Source: Eledone cirrhosa (Eukaryota). From it: DNA of 64,000 nucleotides. Shown here piece by piece: positions 41,670-57,540 of the stretch. Position numbers and translations under genes: made by a program. The notes under the pieces were generated by a model. It was not told where the DNA came from. It searched no databases and saw only the letters and a list, made by a program, of their open reading frames with translations. How positions within the stretch are numbered: position 1 is the stretch's first letter; every line of letters starts with the position of its first letter. The stretch lies in the NCBI GenBank assembly GCA_964016885.1, contig OZ024741.1, forward strand, positions 163,122,001-163,186,000, in the 5' to 3' direction.

Positions 41670-44409
41670 TAGGGGGGGGGGTTAAATCAAATATTACACT
41701 AGTACTATTTATCGACCTAGAAACTACAAGAAGCAAAGTTTACTACGACGGGATTTGATCTCAAAACAGCTGGAACAAATATTGCATAGCATACTACCTG
41801 GCATTCTAACGACTTTGTTAAATCGCAGGCATGGTGGAGACGATATAAATGGCCACAGAAAGATAGAAGAGTACGTTGATAGAAAGATAGAAGAGTACGT
41901 CTGAGAAGTGGTGAGACGAGACTAGTCAACTTTACTCCTGTATATAAATATTCAAGTTACTTTTTAATTTTATGGAATCAATATTGCAAACATCGTACAT
42001 TTCATATAAGTTGTTCGGTTTTAAATCAAACTTTTATTCTACTTCACTTGCTATCATAATGCCCCTTGAGATTACTGGAACGTCACACAAGCATCTCCGT
42101 TGCCATCATCTGTAAAATGTGTCACGTATTACACTTTATTAAGAAATCAATTTGGTCAATCTTCTGCACTAATCCGCAATAATTTATTTCGTATGCTCAA
42201 GAGACTTGTTTGAGAAAGGCAATGATTATGAGAAATTTGATCGCATATGATCAATATTCAATATCAATTATCCTCAGGGTGTTCCATAAATTGGCTACGA
42301 CACTTTTATGATATTATGAGTTATAAAGCTGCTGAATGTTAGTTTTACCTTTCATCCTTCCGCTGTTAATTAAATAAAGTACCAGTGACGTATTGAGATG
42401 TATGCGATCGAATACACCCTTCTCGCATAGTATGGGTGTTTGCCTATGGTACAACTCTATATTATTGATCGAGCAAAACCGAAATGTGCTTTACTTCTAA
42501 AATAGCTAGATTTAAGCTAATTGAATCTATGTAATTAGACCAGAACATTCCAGTTTCATTAGCAGTAAGTGATTGAGAGTAAAAAACAAATACTTGGACA
42601 GGACGCCATTCCAGCACAGAGTTACTCCTCAGATGCTGAGTGGATTATAGTAACATGAAATGAAGTGTCGTGGTCAAGGATACAACCCCCCTTCCTGGTG
42701 CAGGAATCGAACCAATGTCCTTATGATCGTGAGCCAAACATCCTAAACACTAGTCCGTACGTCTTCAATTTTTACTCATAGTATTTATACTTATTTCCAA
42801 CCCAGACAAGTGAGGCCTTTAATTTCGATGTGATTTGAATTCAAAGGTAAACGTAAATGTTGAAAAGGTCCCAGCGTTATATATTTAAGTTAGTAAAGAA
42901 GGGGGTTAAGATATAGTTATGTTACTTTTACAAAACAGAAGCGCCAATATTGGTTGATTTTGTAAATGAACACATATTTTTGGCAATGATATTATGGGAG
43001 TTTAAAAATAAAAGAAGGTCCAAGTGGGGTTGGAACACGGAGTATAAAACCAATTCCAACGTACATTCAGCAATCTTGTGTTGCTGACACCCCATCCCTC
43101 TTCGATGGTGGGCTTTAATAATTTCTTTAATCCAAGAATGGGACAGCATGCGTCCCCTGATGTAAACTCCATATAATTGCACACTAAGAATCGTTCAAAC
43201 ATTGGATAGCATATAAAGTGGTATTCATTTGGGAACTCCGGGTTTTGAGTTAAAATTCCACCGAGGTCAAATTTGCTTTTCATAGGATCTATTATGACTA
43301 TCCCTTCTCTTTCTTGAAATTGCTAACTTTGCTCTATGAGAATGAACAATAGATCTCAGCGTCCCTTTTTCTAAAATTGGAACGAAGGCTTGAGCGAGGG
43401 GCAAGCAACTCAACATTATAGAAAGATCGATATACGCTGAAACCGTCCATGGAATGGCCGATTTGAAACGCATCATAGAATAATAATAATATAAGATTGA
43501 GCAACATCGATGAGATACATGTATATTCCACTGGAGGATTTAATGTATTTCATTCATTAAGATGTACTGTTTTGATTTAAATCTTGTTTCAAATAACATT
43601 GCTTTTCATTCCTCCTTTTCGGTTGTAGCTAACCATAGGATTGTATCTAGAATGCTCTACGTGAAGGTGTGAACCCGGGAAAACTGTTTCGTGCAAAGAA
43701 ACAGCATTCACTCATGCATGCATGTCTTCTGTCTCCACGCCACGGATATTTTTCAACAGAAACAGAAAGGCCGGTGCAATTTGGCACCAATGTAGTGGCA
43801 GGCGAACGATGCATCTCTATGATCGGACACCAATCCATTACAGGCTTAAGATTCACCCATTGCTGGTACAAATGTTTTCCAGCTGGGTGGACTGAAGCCA
43901 CGTGAAATATAGTATTTTGCTCAAGGACACCACGCGCTATTCGATTCGAGAATCGAACTCAGGATCTTACGATCACGATTTCACCACCCCAATCATTAAG
44001 TTGCGCGCCTCTTTTGTGGTCAACTTAAGCACTAGTAATTAAATAGAATATAATCCCATACAAGAATCAACTATACTCACATATCACCTGGTCTAGTATT
44101 TCGTCAAGAGAAACCAGAATTTGTGTTCATATCTGGAACATTTAGAACATAGTAGAACCTATGCCTAGTGCTAAAACTTCAAGATGAGTTAAATATAGAT
44201 GCTTTGGTAGAAAGCATTTGACATCAGTGACGCGATACGGTCATACAACCTAATAAGAAACCATTTATTCACTCAACTACTGCGACTGACAGGAACATAG
44301 AAGCCAAATAAAAATAACTAAAGTAACAAAATTAAACTTTTCATTAGCAGACGATCTGAAACTATAAGCATATGACAATCGTACAAAATATACAACGTGG
44401 TAAATAGGG

Positions 44410-44550
<141 letters not shown>

Positions 44551-45149
44551 TAATCAATCTAAACGCTGTTGTCGTCGGCTGCGGCCCCTCTTCGTTTCTG
44601 AGTGTACATTTTTCCTCCTTTTGAGTTTTCACATCCATGGCGGTGCCTTTGGTGGCTGGCAAGGCCGACTTTTGCAATGTAGAATTGTCCACATAGGTCT
44701 CATCTTATGGGTGGTGGGGACATTGATTGGAGTTGGCGAATATTTCGTCGCGTCATTTTACTCTCCTCAGGTTCTCGACGATTTTCATAAAAATGTTCTA
44801 CAACGATTTTGTTAAAATGACGTCACGGCGTTCTTCTACATGTTCTTTTCCAGGACAGGGTCAATATTGATGCTATTCATCATATGATTTTTGTAATATT
44901 GCATATGGTGGACGTGTGATCTCTTACTTGTGTTGTTCGCTGTAGAGAACTTGAGGTTGCTATGCAAGCGGTGAAAGAGACAGGCATTTAAGGCGATGCT
45001 TACTGATGATGGTCTCAATGTTGTTGGCATTGGGCCATTTAATGACTGCAATACTCCTCTCATTTGATGCTCACTATTGATCAAGGTTTCTGTTGATGAA
45101 ATCATTCCAGTTTCGCATATCCCTGTAGTACAAAATCCACGTTTCCCAA

Positions 45150-45480
45150 CCTTATAGGAAGGTGCAACTAGCTCCAGCCCGATTCACCGTGAGCTTGGTT
45201 TGTATTTTCAGATTTTTGTTTCTGAAAACACGATGGAAATGTTTTGAAAAAGTGGCATGGGCAGCTCGGATCCTGTGAGGCATGTCTTTATTAGAGTAGC
45301 ATTCCCTGGAGAGGATGTCTCTGTGATATTGGAACTGATCAACTTGTTCTAATGTTGGATCGGAGATGATGATGTTGGAATTTGAAAGGATTAACTTTAC
45401 AGAAGATTGTAGAAGAATTCTGGTCTTCGCTATGTTGACTGTCAAACGAAAGCGTTCACGCGTATTTTCCGTATTTTCGA
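45150..45480 (-). mobile_element. RTE-like LINE RT C-terminal fragment
   Basis: FRLTVNIAKTRIL..LEQVDQFQY..ILS...HRIRAAHATF...RVFRNKNLKIQTKL.V.RA. Confidence 0.7.
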
Positions 45481-46199
45481 AGTTGATAACTGATGAGATG
45501 GCGAGACACTGCCATCGGCATGTTGCAATCCTAGTCATGAGAAATCCAGCAACGTTCTAAGCATTGTCACGCCAATGACTACATCATCACACCTCAGAGT
45601 GACCGGAAAGACGTCACTATCACCAAGACAGTAAGAATGTTAATGACCTTTGGACGGAACAAAAACACATCCGCCTACTCAGTTCGTCGTAAACCACCAT
45701 TCCACTAAATGTCAACCAAGAAGATTGTGCTACATTGAAATTTAAAGAACAATTAGAAAGATCCTATAACACATCAAAGAGAAGCTGTCAAGCTACTCTG
45801 GCAACACCAAGTACACAAATGAAGAGTCGACAACAATTTGAAACATTGGCTTGACGAAAACAAAATGTAATGTATATATAAATGTATGTGTGTGTGTGTA
45901 CGTAGATATGTATGTAACTATATATGTATGTATGTACGTATTTCCCCATTTAAAAAAAATATTCAAAGCACAGGCATTGCTTGTTCAGGATATGTTACAG
46001 GTTCGTGAGGCTGGACGTAGCCTAAAAGTGCACCAAACTTTATAATCTGACGAGCGATTGCAATACTCTTAGCAGAGTTTGCAGCTATCATGTATCTATG
46101 TATGTTTGTGGGTTTGTATGTATGTATGTATGTATGTATGTATGAATGTATGTATGTATGTATGTATGTATGTATGTATGTATGTATGCATGTATGTAT

Positions 46200-46468
46200 G
46201 GGACTGGCTTTGTGCAGTGCCTTTGCTCACTATAAAAGCTTCACGGCACAGGCATTGCTTTATATCTGGAGATCTCCCTGCACTTGTCGTCACATGGTAC
46301 CATAGGCCCAGCACTATGTGTCAATAATTGTCACAAGTGTAGTGTTTGTACCAGAGTTTTCAAGTCGCTGGCTGAACTAAAAAGTCACACTCGTAGGGGT
46401 TCGGTAGGGGTTCTCCTACATGGATATAGAGTAGTGGCCGTACTCGAAAACGAGTTGCCAGCCACCAT
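46200..46468 (+). mobile_element. Second, 5'-truncated copy of the RTE-derived element
   Basis: Direct repeat of 31601-31872; inserted in (TGTA)n. Confidence 0.65.
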
Positions 46469-46886
46469 GTATGCATGTATGTAGGTATGTATGTATGTGG
46501 GTTTGTATGTGTGCGTATATGTATCACCAGCAATGAATGGAAAAACCAATAACATGGTTTCCTTGGTCCGATGAATTGACTGGCTCCTTTTCTTTTTTAA
46601 AATCCTTGTTTATCCTTTTCCATTTTAAAATAATAACAATATAATTGATTACAAATACTCATATATGTGGATAGCTAGTTGTATAATATGACGTTGACCT
46701 TCAAATATAAAAGATACCATACGTACGGGAATAATACTTATAAACGATGTCTAAATTAATAGTAAAATTAATAGTAAAAAAAAAAAGAGGACATAAAATG
46801 GAATTATATATTTTTCCAAATTCAAATCTTCTGGGTATGGCCCTCTGTCAAGTAATGTTCTAAATAGTTTTAAACTGGCTGTGTCA

Positions 46887-46920
<34 letters not shown>

Positions 46921-47246
46921 GTTCGTGTGTAATATAGTTGTATTTTATTGTAGATATAACCTAAGATTTACATCTGATATATCTTTTGTGGTTTTGAAAA
47001 ATTGGTAACAGGTTCCGAATGTTGATGTTTGATGTTTACTTATATACTTCCGGTGGCTCAGTCAGGATTCTTCTCAGCGCTAGAAATTGCTATTGTGCAG
47101 TATTTTGGTATGTTTTGCGTGGATGTTTGATAGTATATCTCTAATCTAGTGTATGGACATTTTACGATTTTACGAGGTCACGTTATTTTCAATAGTAAAA
47201 TTATGGCACGTATTTATTCAGATTATACATGTTATACATGTATGTA

Positions 47247-47352
<106 letters not shown>

Positions 47353-47561
47353 AAAGTTCTATTTAAATTGTTGGGATACAACAAGCAAATATTTTTATAA
47401 CTGATATGAAGCACTCAACAAATATTTGGAGTAAAAATACGATATTAACAAATGGAAACTATATTTATAAAACCATATTTATTTCATTATACATATTTAA
47501 AACTGATCTATATTATATTTTACATATATAATTATACATATATAAAACTGATCTATATTAT

Positions 47562-47624
47562 ATTTTATCTGATGAAAGCACACCATAATTTAACTTGGTG
47601 TCCTTGAAATATGTATAATGAAAT
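47562..47624 (+). ncRNA. Hammerhead ribozyme (family C)
   Basis: attttat CTGATGA aag-c-acacca...tggtgt-c-ctt GAAA tatgta TA atgaaat; 7-bp stem I and a long stem II. Confidence 0.8.
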
Positions 47625-47861
47625 AAATATGGTTTTATAAATATAGTTTCCATTTGTATATATATACATAACGAATGAATTGTGGTAAGGAACCAGATGG
47701 ACCATAACGCACCAAAGTACTCAATACTTAGGGTAATAGAGTGGGTAATAGGAACAAGTATGACCCCGACGACATATCTCAAGCCATTTCGACGGCTAAT
47801 TCTGGACTACTGAAATAGCCGTATGTATGTATATATATATGTATATGTATGTATATAAATA

Positions 47862-47943
<82 letters not shown>

Positions 47944-47963
47944 CATATGTATTTATATGTATT

Positions 47964-48023
<60 letters not shown>

Positions 48024-48099
48024 TTTGAATTTATGTATATATATGAGCATATATATATTAATATATATTTATATACATTAATATATATAGATTTATATA

Positions 48100-48147
<48 letters not shown>

Positions 48148-48739
48148 ATTGTATGTATATATTTATAAATATCCGATGTGCGGACACTGGAATATTCCCT
48201 TTATTTTCCTCGGAAGAAGAGATATTAATCTCGAAATATCATGACATATGAATGAATTAAGGTAAAAAAACAAACCCTGTGTCTTATCATTTAATTATTC
48301 TCCATCAAAACCGGCATTTTCGTGGCTTTCAAACTTCGAATTCTTTATACTACATACAATACTTCAAGTAAACTACAAATTCCTTATATATATATATATA
48401 TAACGAAGGAAGTGTGTTACGGAACCAGATGGACCATAACGCACCAGAGTACTCAATACTTAGGTTAGTAGAGTGGGTAATAGGAAATGTTTAACCCCGA
48501 CGGTAGAGCTCAAGCCGTTTCGACGGCTATTTCTGTCCAGAAATAGCCGTCGAAACGGCTTGAGTTCTGCCGTCGGGGTTAAACATTTTCATATATATAT
48601 ATATGTATATATATATTTCGTTTCTGAATTTGTTTAGCAAGATTCTTTATCTGAAAACGTGTGTCGAAACCGATATTGTTATGCTTTGGGAGTAGGACAG
48701 AACAAAGGAGAGGCACAAGAACAAAGAAAAGAATCCCCA

Positions 48740-48782
48740 GTCACTGAAGAGGTCACAGAATGTGTGACGAAAGAACTTTGAC
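48740..48782 (+). ncRNA. Degenerate minimal hammerhead
   Basis: gtca CTGAAGA g-gtcaca-gaatg-tgtgac GAAA gaac TT tgac; 4-bp stem I, 6-bp stem II with one extra G. Confidence 0.55.
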
Positions 48783-50043
48783 AATATATGAACAATCGTC
48801 TGGTTGTGGAACCAACCAACCAACCGGAAATTTATAAATTCCTAAATTTATGAATTTAATTTATAATAAATTGAAGTGAAATCAACTGGTGCGTGTGTTT
48901 CTTATTGGCAACATGACACCCCCCCCCCCCCCCCCCAGAAGCATATGAGATATTCATATGTAGTGCTCGATACTTCTGAATTCAATGGTGCAGGGCTCAA
49001 CAGACTACGACCGAAAACTCCATTTCATCCAGTTTGTGATCATTGAATGGGCAATGTGTTTTTTCAATCTTGTTCTTCCTCTGTATTAAACATACATTTT
49101 AATCTACTTTAAAGGCGTATAATGATAAACACAAATAACCTCCAAACAAGTAATTACATAAATCAAGACAATACCCAAAATACCAGCCCTTCCAGTAGCC
49201 CTGTACGATTTAGATATTGTTTATTCTCCTTGGCATGCAAGATGTAAAAAAGAGATTTCCGATCCGGCCCATCTCCAAAAATGTTCGGTGGCCCTCGGAA
49301 CTAGAACATTACAATAATAGTACATATTCTTTCACCTGTTGCTCTACTGCTAATGCTGTAGATGCTTGGAGTAAACAACAAATAAATAAAATATCATTTA
49401 ATTTAGACACCATCGAATTTGATTCTTGTCTCTGAAGTTTCTGAAGGAGATCATTTCAGTAACTCATACAAGTAGAAGAGTGCATTGGACTGAGTGAGAG
49501 TTGTTTTGTTAATCATAGGTTCTCTTTCTGGTATATGCGAATTCAAAGAAATACGGCTGTGTCTAGACACATTTGGAAACTAAATGAGAAATATATAAAA
49601 GACATAGTCATTGAATGAAACCATCAGGTGCACGACACCCTGGATGTCATATCTGGAGAGTTTTCAACTTTAAAAATAATACTTGATGTGTGATTTCGAT
49701 GTACAAAATAAATAAAATGAAGTCATATTGAAACTGTTCCTCAATTTATAATATTGAAATGGAATATACTCAAATTCGGAACACCAAGAATCATGATATT
49801 TTAAGCAGCAAGAAAAAGGTCTTGTATAAAACATATTGGCTACTATACCACCCTTCTACAAGAAAGAGTAGCCCTCAACGGTCACACCAGGAAAAGTAGA
49901 ATGATAATAGAAACGACGCTGTCAGTGGGCAATCTGAGCCTACACCACAACAAACAAAACAGCACTAAACTCGATAATGTAAAGAGAAAACATTCATTGA
50001 AACGGTATCTGAAAACTGAAAAACAACTTTCAGGCTATGTGTG

Positions 50044-50076
<33 letters not shown>

Positions 50077-50146
50077 TGATGTATGTGAGTGTGTGTGTGT
50101 GCGTTTGTGTGTGTGTATACATATAAAAGCATGCATGTATATCAAT

Positions 50147-50231
<85 letters not shown>

Positions 50232-50660
50232 ATGTATATATATATCCCCTATATATATATATATATATATATATATGGGATATATACAGATACGACTTAA
50301 AATCAGGGTTTGTCAAAAATCAAATAGAAGATATAACAATAGTAATAGGCAATCATATTAAAATTATTAAGTTCGTTTACTTACTGTAGCATTTTTCTCA
50401 GCTGATTCTTGGTTAGATGACAGGACGAAGCTGCTTCCAAGAAAGACAACGAGAAGCTGGGAGAGCCTCATTCTCTTTGGTTAGAGTCCAAATAGATCTA
50501 ATGGGGAGATCGCCGACCTCTCTTTGTGTCCAGAAAATTTCACCGAGATTAAATATGATTTTTTTCAAGCAAGTAAATATACGTTTATTAGTATTCGTTT
50601 TCACTTCATAAATGGAAAATTCAAGTTATTTTATTGAAAGATAGCTATTATATATACACA

Positions 50661-50705
<45 letters not shown>

Positions 50706-50780
50706 TTGCGCATAAACTATCTACTTTATTTATATGTATGTGTGTGTTATCTAGTATTGAAATGCAGTTGGAATACTTTA

Positions 50781-50871
50781 ACTTACACCGTTGTCCCACT
50801 TAAAGACATCTAGTGCGAGCACACACAAGTTCATTTGTCTCATTTTCGCAAAGTTACTATCTCTATTTATA
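50781..50871 (-). promoter_or_regulatory. Candidate TATA promoter and short non-coding first exon
   Basis: Minus-strand TATAAATA (50871-50864), followed ~80 nt later by a consensus donor GTAAGT (50786-50781); same strand as the neuropeptide gene. Confidence 0.25.
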
Positions 50872-51617
50872 ACTAACCCATCATTTTGCGAACCAAAACT
50901 TAAAAAAAGTGTGTGGGCAATGGAACCATCCTCCCCCGCTTTGAAACTCCCGGGGATCATTCCTACTCTTCATAAGTCCTAATTGTTCTTTCTTTTTTTT
51001 TTTTTTATTAATGCTTCCCCCCCCCCCTCCCCCTCATTCCTTATCACGTCTAAACACAGGCGCTTATACATTCCCTCTATCTCCCTTTACCTTTCTCTCA
51101 ACCGCTTTCTATTTCTGTAACCACCACCACTAATACAATCTCCACCACTACTACCACTAAGTAAATTTCCCACACACACACTCTCTCTCTCACCCTCTCT
51201 CTCTCTACCTCTCTCTCCTCTCTCTCCTCTCTCTCTCTCTCTCTGTGCCCCCCCCTCTCTCTCTCCTGCCTGTTTCCGCACTATTATTTCTTTTCCATTT
51301 ACAGTCCACCTTCTCAATAATTTTGATTATCATTTCTCAACGCCTTTTCCACCCTCTACTTACTCTTGTCATCTCCCACCCTCTCTATATACTCCTATAA
51401 ACTCATCCTCTCCCTCTTCACTACTTACTGCTATAATCTTCCACACGCTCTATTTACTCCTACCTTTCCCCCTCTCTCTACTTACTACTATCAGCTCCCA
51501 CCAGCCGTGCGCTTCTACTAGACTATATAAGTCCCTCCCTTACCTCTTTAATTTCTTATTAATCTTCATAACCCATCACTTACCTGTGAATCTCCTCTTT
51601 CTAATCTCGGATCACCC

Positions 51618-51656
<39 letters not shown>

Positions 51657-51727
51657 TCCCACCTCTCTCTCTCTCACTTTCTCTCTGCTTTCTCTCTGCT
51701 TGCTTCTCTATATCTCCCTCACACACA

Positions 51728-51768
<41 letters not shown>

Positions 51769-52207
51769 ACACAGACACACACACTGCCTTTCTTACACAC
51801 TCACACTTTCCCCTCATGTATCTATCTCAGCATTCAGTCTCTCTCTAGCCCTGTTACAGTAAGCTACGGACGCGCGCATATGTGTGAGTGTGTTTGTGTG
51901 TAGGTGTGTGTACTTGTGTGTGTATGTGTGTGCGTGCGTGCATTTCTCTCCTTCTCCCACCTATTGATTTATCACTGTCTGTGTTACACACACACTAAGA
52001 TACACCTTCATTCTAATTCTCTCGTTCTCTTCTCGTTCTTTCCACTTCACTAAACCTCCTTCATCAGCGTATCCTCCTACTTCCAGATTTACCTATCTTA
52101 GATAATCAGATATGCAAATTAACATTGTATTTACATTTAATATATTCGTCTACTTACATATATTTATATACATTAAAATACATTACAATAATACTGGACA
52201 ACTAAAC

Positions 52208-52254
<47 letters not shown>

Positions 52255-52257
52255 TAA

Positions 52258-52312
<55 letters not shown>

Positions 52313-52333
52313 TAAATAAATATATATATATAA

Positions 52334-52418
<85 letters not shown>

Positions 52419-52477
52419 TATATATATAAATGAAATGTATAGAAAACATTGTAGCGAAAAGCCAACAGTATTCCATA

Positions 52478-52559
<82 letters not shown>

Positions 52560-52708
52560 CATACATACATGCTTTTTGCGTGAGTGTCTATTGCGAAATG
52601 CTTGCTTAATTTTTCAGTAATACACACACGCACACACACAGACCACAGACACACAGACACACACGCAGACACACACGCAGACACACACACACACACACGT
52701 ACACACAC

Positions 52709-52754
<46 letters not shown>

Positions 52755-52985
52755 CTGAATATCAGAAAACATAAAACAAAAAAAGACAAACGCAGGAGTA
52801 AATGTTACAAATATATATATATATATATATATAAAGTTTAGCATGACGAAGTTTTGCTTAAATTTGTGAATAATCTAAACAATATATATGGATACATCAT
52901 CAGACAGAATACATACATACATACATACATACATACATACATACATACATACATACATACATACATACATACATACATACATACA

Positions 52986-53490
52986 AACTTAACAACAAAC
53001 GAGGAAGAATATATTGAGACAGATGGCACTAAGGAATACTGGTGGAACCTGAAAATAAAAACTGCCACCAAATTAAAGCACAACCGGCCTGATATTGTTG
53101 TTTGGGACCACACATTGAAAACGTGTTCTGTTGTGGAGATCAGCTGCCCACTTGATGTAAACGTTGTCAGAAAAATACAGGAGAAGGAGGACATCTACGG
53201 ACCATTGATGGGGAGTTTACAAATCCAGTATCCAAGATACACCTTTAGCTTCATACCCATCATTATTGGAGCTATGGATTATATACCAACCCGCTTGGAC
53301 CAAAGTATGACTGAACTTGGATTTGCGGACAAAGAGTGCAGCTCCCTAATTCATAGTCTACAAATGGCTGCGATAACTGGCACCTTCAAAATTTGCAAAA
53401 CATTCTTGCGATTCAAGGGATGATAATTTCTTTTCTTTAACAACCTTGCCACCAGGCAATATATACTCGAAATTAAGAGAAAGAGATAAC
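52986..53490 (+). mobile_element. 3' fragment of an RLE-type (R4/NeSL-like) non-LTR retrotransposon in (CATA)n
   Basis: YWWNLKIKTATKLKHNRPDIVVWD...VVEISCPLD.NV..K..EK..IY..L...PIIIGA (PD-(D/E)xK RLE domain); (CATA)n on both sides. Confidence 0.85.
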
Positions 53491-54160
53491 ACATACATAC
53501 ATACATACATACATAATACATACATACATACATACATACATACATACATACATACATACATACATACATACATAGAGGACACGAACATAGATGAAGATAC
53601 CTTTTTTTTTTTTTTTACATTTTTTTACGCGTAGAGCGCTTATAAATTTGGCCGCAAGTTCACATGATAGGTGACAGATATAGTCGAGCTGGTCAACACC
53701 ATTTCGTGGCAAATATCAACTGTAACATATTTTCAATGCAAGCTCTTTCGATCCTTTTGATACACATTAGAATGTGTATTGAATTCAATACTGCTTACAT
53801 ACGGTTTTCATGCATATCTCTTCGCCGAATTATTTATGTGAGGTTCGTGGGTGCAGAGTCCTTAAGCATTTATTCCAGCGGGTCTTCTCAAGAACACCAC
53901 ACATCTCCAGATGATGCGGCTGGATTCCCGAGCGAGACCAGCAGAACTCATAGATGTTAGTTAATCAACTATCTTGCCACTTGGTTTCACTTGTGAAATC
54001 AGTCAAGCGATTCTTTCCCGAGACGCTCTACTCAAATGCTCGTAATATCGTAACAGTGATCTCTCTTTTCGGAGAACTAGTGCCTCTCTGATCTCCCAGC
54101 TACGCACTCTATTGAGTAACGCTACTCTAAAGATTCTTCGAAGTAACCCCACTTTGGCCG

Positions 54161-54205
<45 letters not shown>

Positions 54206-54307
54206 TTGAAGGCGGCCGATCGAACTAAAAACTGCTAAATGTGTGGCAGCCTTCTTGTCTCTCTGTCTTTTCAGCCCCATGGATTATATTCCTTTGTTAA
54301 ATTTCGA

Positions 54308-54365
54308 ATACCTGATGATGTCACCGGATTCATACTGAACCCGGCCATTGAAATGTTCATAGTAT
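54308..54365 (+). ncRNA. Hammerhead ribozyme
   Basis: atac CTGATGA tg..ccgg.ttca-tac-tgaa.ccgg..catt GAAA tg-tt-ca TA gtat; 4-bp stem I. Confidence 0.65.
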
Positions 54366-54629
54366 AATACACTTTTAAGGAATTACACCATTCCAGCCTC
54401 CTGTTATTTTATTTTATAATAATTAACTCCGTATTCGCACCACCAACAACACAAACGAAGACGGGTGAGTTGCATTACGTCGAGTGCTCTCCCTAATATT
54501 ACATCGAGGTTGACCATACGGACTGACCAGTTCTATCCAGAGATGAACCAACAAACCTAAATGTATATATATATATGTAAGTATGTATGTATACGTACAT
54601 ACATATATGTATACAGACGTACAGTAGCA

Positions 54630-54671
<42 letters not shown>

Positions 54672-54690
54672 CATATGCATATATATATAC

Positions 54691-54749
<59 letters not shown>

Positions 54750-54875
54750 CATACATATATATATATATATGCATGCTACTGTACGTCTGTATACATATAT
54801 GTACATACATACTTACATTTAAGTAAGTGCCATACTAAGAGTGAGGAATGAAATTTCGTTTTCATTTTATTTCAA

Positions 54876-54932
<57 letters not shown>

Positions 54933-54951
54933 ATATATATATATATATATA

Positions 54952-55597
54952 CAGTGTCCCCAAAAATTTGAAATTATTTCGCAGGCCAATAATTTTGGCA
55001 ATTCTTGTTGAAATAACCTCAAATTTTCACAGAATGTATAGAAACAGATCAGGATTTTATATTTAATGTTTTATATTTTTCTCTTTTCATGTTGAGAAAT
55101 GCCGTTCACTTCCAAAGAAAAGTCATTTTGCGTCTTGGAATATGCTCGAACACAGTCACCCAAGACTGTGCAGCGTGCCTTCAATGCAAAATTTGGAAAA
55201 AAAGTCACCAATTGGCAAACAGTATCCTCAGGATACGCCAGATCGTCATTCGAGGAATCTGAGTTTCGAAAACTTGTTCTCCTTACGCAAGAGTTTTTCA
55301 CGAACTTGCTCGACCTGCTCTTCTGATGTTGATGATGGTCATCCAGATCCTTCCTCTTTAAATTTTTGGTACCAGGTTCAAATTTGTTTGCCAGATGGTG
55401 ACTTTTTTCCAAGACACGAAATGACTTTTCTTTGGGAGTGAACGGCATTTCTCAACCTGAAAAGAGAAAAATATAAAACATTAAATATAAAATCTTGATC
55501 AGTTTCTATACATCCTGTGAAAATTTGAGGTTATCTCAACAAGAACTGGCAAATTTATTGGCCTGCGAAATGATGTCAAATCTTTTGGGACACCCTG
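54952..55597. mobile_element. Tc1/mariner-derived foldback element
   Basis: TA|CAGTGTCCC...GGGACACCCTG|TA termini; ~170-bp inverted arms; transposase N-terminus MPFTSKEKSFCVLEYARTQSPKTVQRAF..KFGKK on plus and MPFTPKEKSFRVLE on minus. Confidence 0.8.
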
Positions 55598-55651
55598 TAT
55601 ATATATATATATATATATATACATATATCTATCTATATATCTATCTATCTA

Positions 55652-55709
<58 letters not shown>

Positions 55710-55725
55710 TCTATCTATCTATCTA

Positions 55726-55845
<120 letters not shown>

Positions 55846-55993
55846 TCAAGTAAGAATATTTTCGAAACACCGTCAATACTCATCTTTTTCCATTTTCTCC
55901 GGGGGTTCTTAACCTCACTATCAGGCTAAATAATTTCTTTAATTTCTTTAGTCAAAATACGGCGATAGCTTACATTTCTAATAATATATATAT

Positions 55994-56041
<48 letters not shown>

Positions 56042-56081
56042 ATGTATATATATATATGTGTGTGTATGTATATATATATAT

Positions 56082-56135
<54 letters not shown>

Positions 56136-56190
56136 GTGTGTGTATGTATATATATATATATAATATATATATATATATGTGTGTGTGTAT

Positions 56191-56246
<56 letters not shown>

Positions 56247-56375
56247 TTATTCCGGGTTCAATCGTAGGTACCCACAGTAAGTGATGGAACGTAATACATA
56301 GCAGAATATAAATGTTTAATATACAAAAGCTTCTACAGGACTAGAACCTGTAGAAGCTTTTCTATATTAAATATA

Positions 56376-56408
<33 letters not shown>

Positions 56409-57099
56409 CCGCATTGAAGATAGCGAATTTGGCTTTTACACCTAGGTCGGAACAGTGATGACTCTTTTCGGAGAACTAGTGCCTCTCTGATCTCCTAGCT
56501 ACGCACTCTATCTAGTAACGCTACTCTAAAGATTCTTCGAAGTAACCGCACTTCAACCGCTTGTATTCTTTCGGTCATTACCCAGGACTCATATATTCTT
56601 ATGTAAGGGCTGGTACGAATACCGCATTGAAGATACCGAATTTGGCTATTACATCTACTTCTGATAGTAGATACTAGAGCTAGCACATTACTGTACCAGC
56701 TCTTGCAATTTTTGTTCTTAATGTAGGTTCCTGCCTGTTCTAACTCGTGAGCATGGCATCTAGATACTTGAACCTGTCCAGCTGTTTCAATAGAACTCCA
56801 CACTTACATCTAGAGTGCATTGCGCACACGTCCTTGTAAAGAAGAGTATTTCTTAAAATTACAGGTCATGAGGTTGGAATTTTTCTCCTGAATGTCTAAT
56901 ATATAAACTGGCATAATAGATATTTACAGGGGAAAAATTCCACCCTCATCACCTAGTGTCTCAGTGTTCTGAAATGACCCCAGTTAAATAAGATACTTAA
57001 TATGTTATTGGAGAAGAAACATATTTATTGTTGATAGAAATAGTTTCAACATGACTAGGAATGTTTCGTTCGTATGAAGTCACTATAAATGACTCATTT

Positions 57100-57178
<79 letters not shown>

Positions 57179-57311
57179 GTAATAATAATAAATTTGGAGA
57201 CTAAAATCCAAAGAGGGCTCGATAACGATAAATATATATAAAATATATAAGAACCGTAGAGCAAATATTTATTAAAATAACAGATTAAAATGTAATCAAA
57301 GAATCGCTGCG

Positions 57312-57540
<229 letters not shown>

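Noticed and set aside
41857-41901. Short tandem duplication AGAAAGATAGAAGAGTACGT (similar at 17352-17406 and 60175-60240)
   Set aside because: Ordinary local slippage duplications
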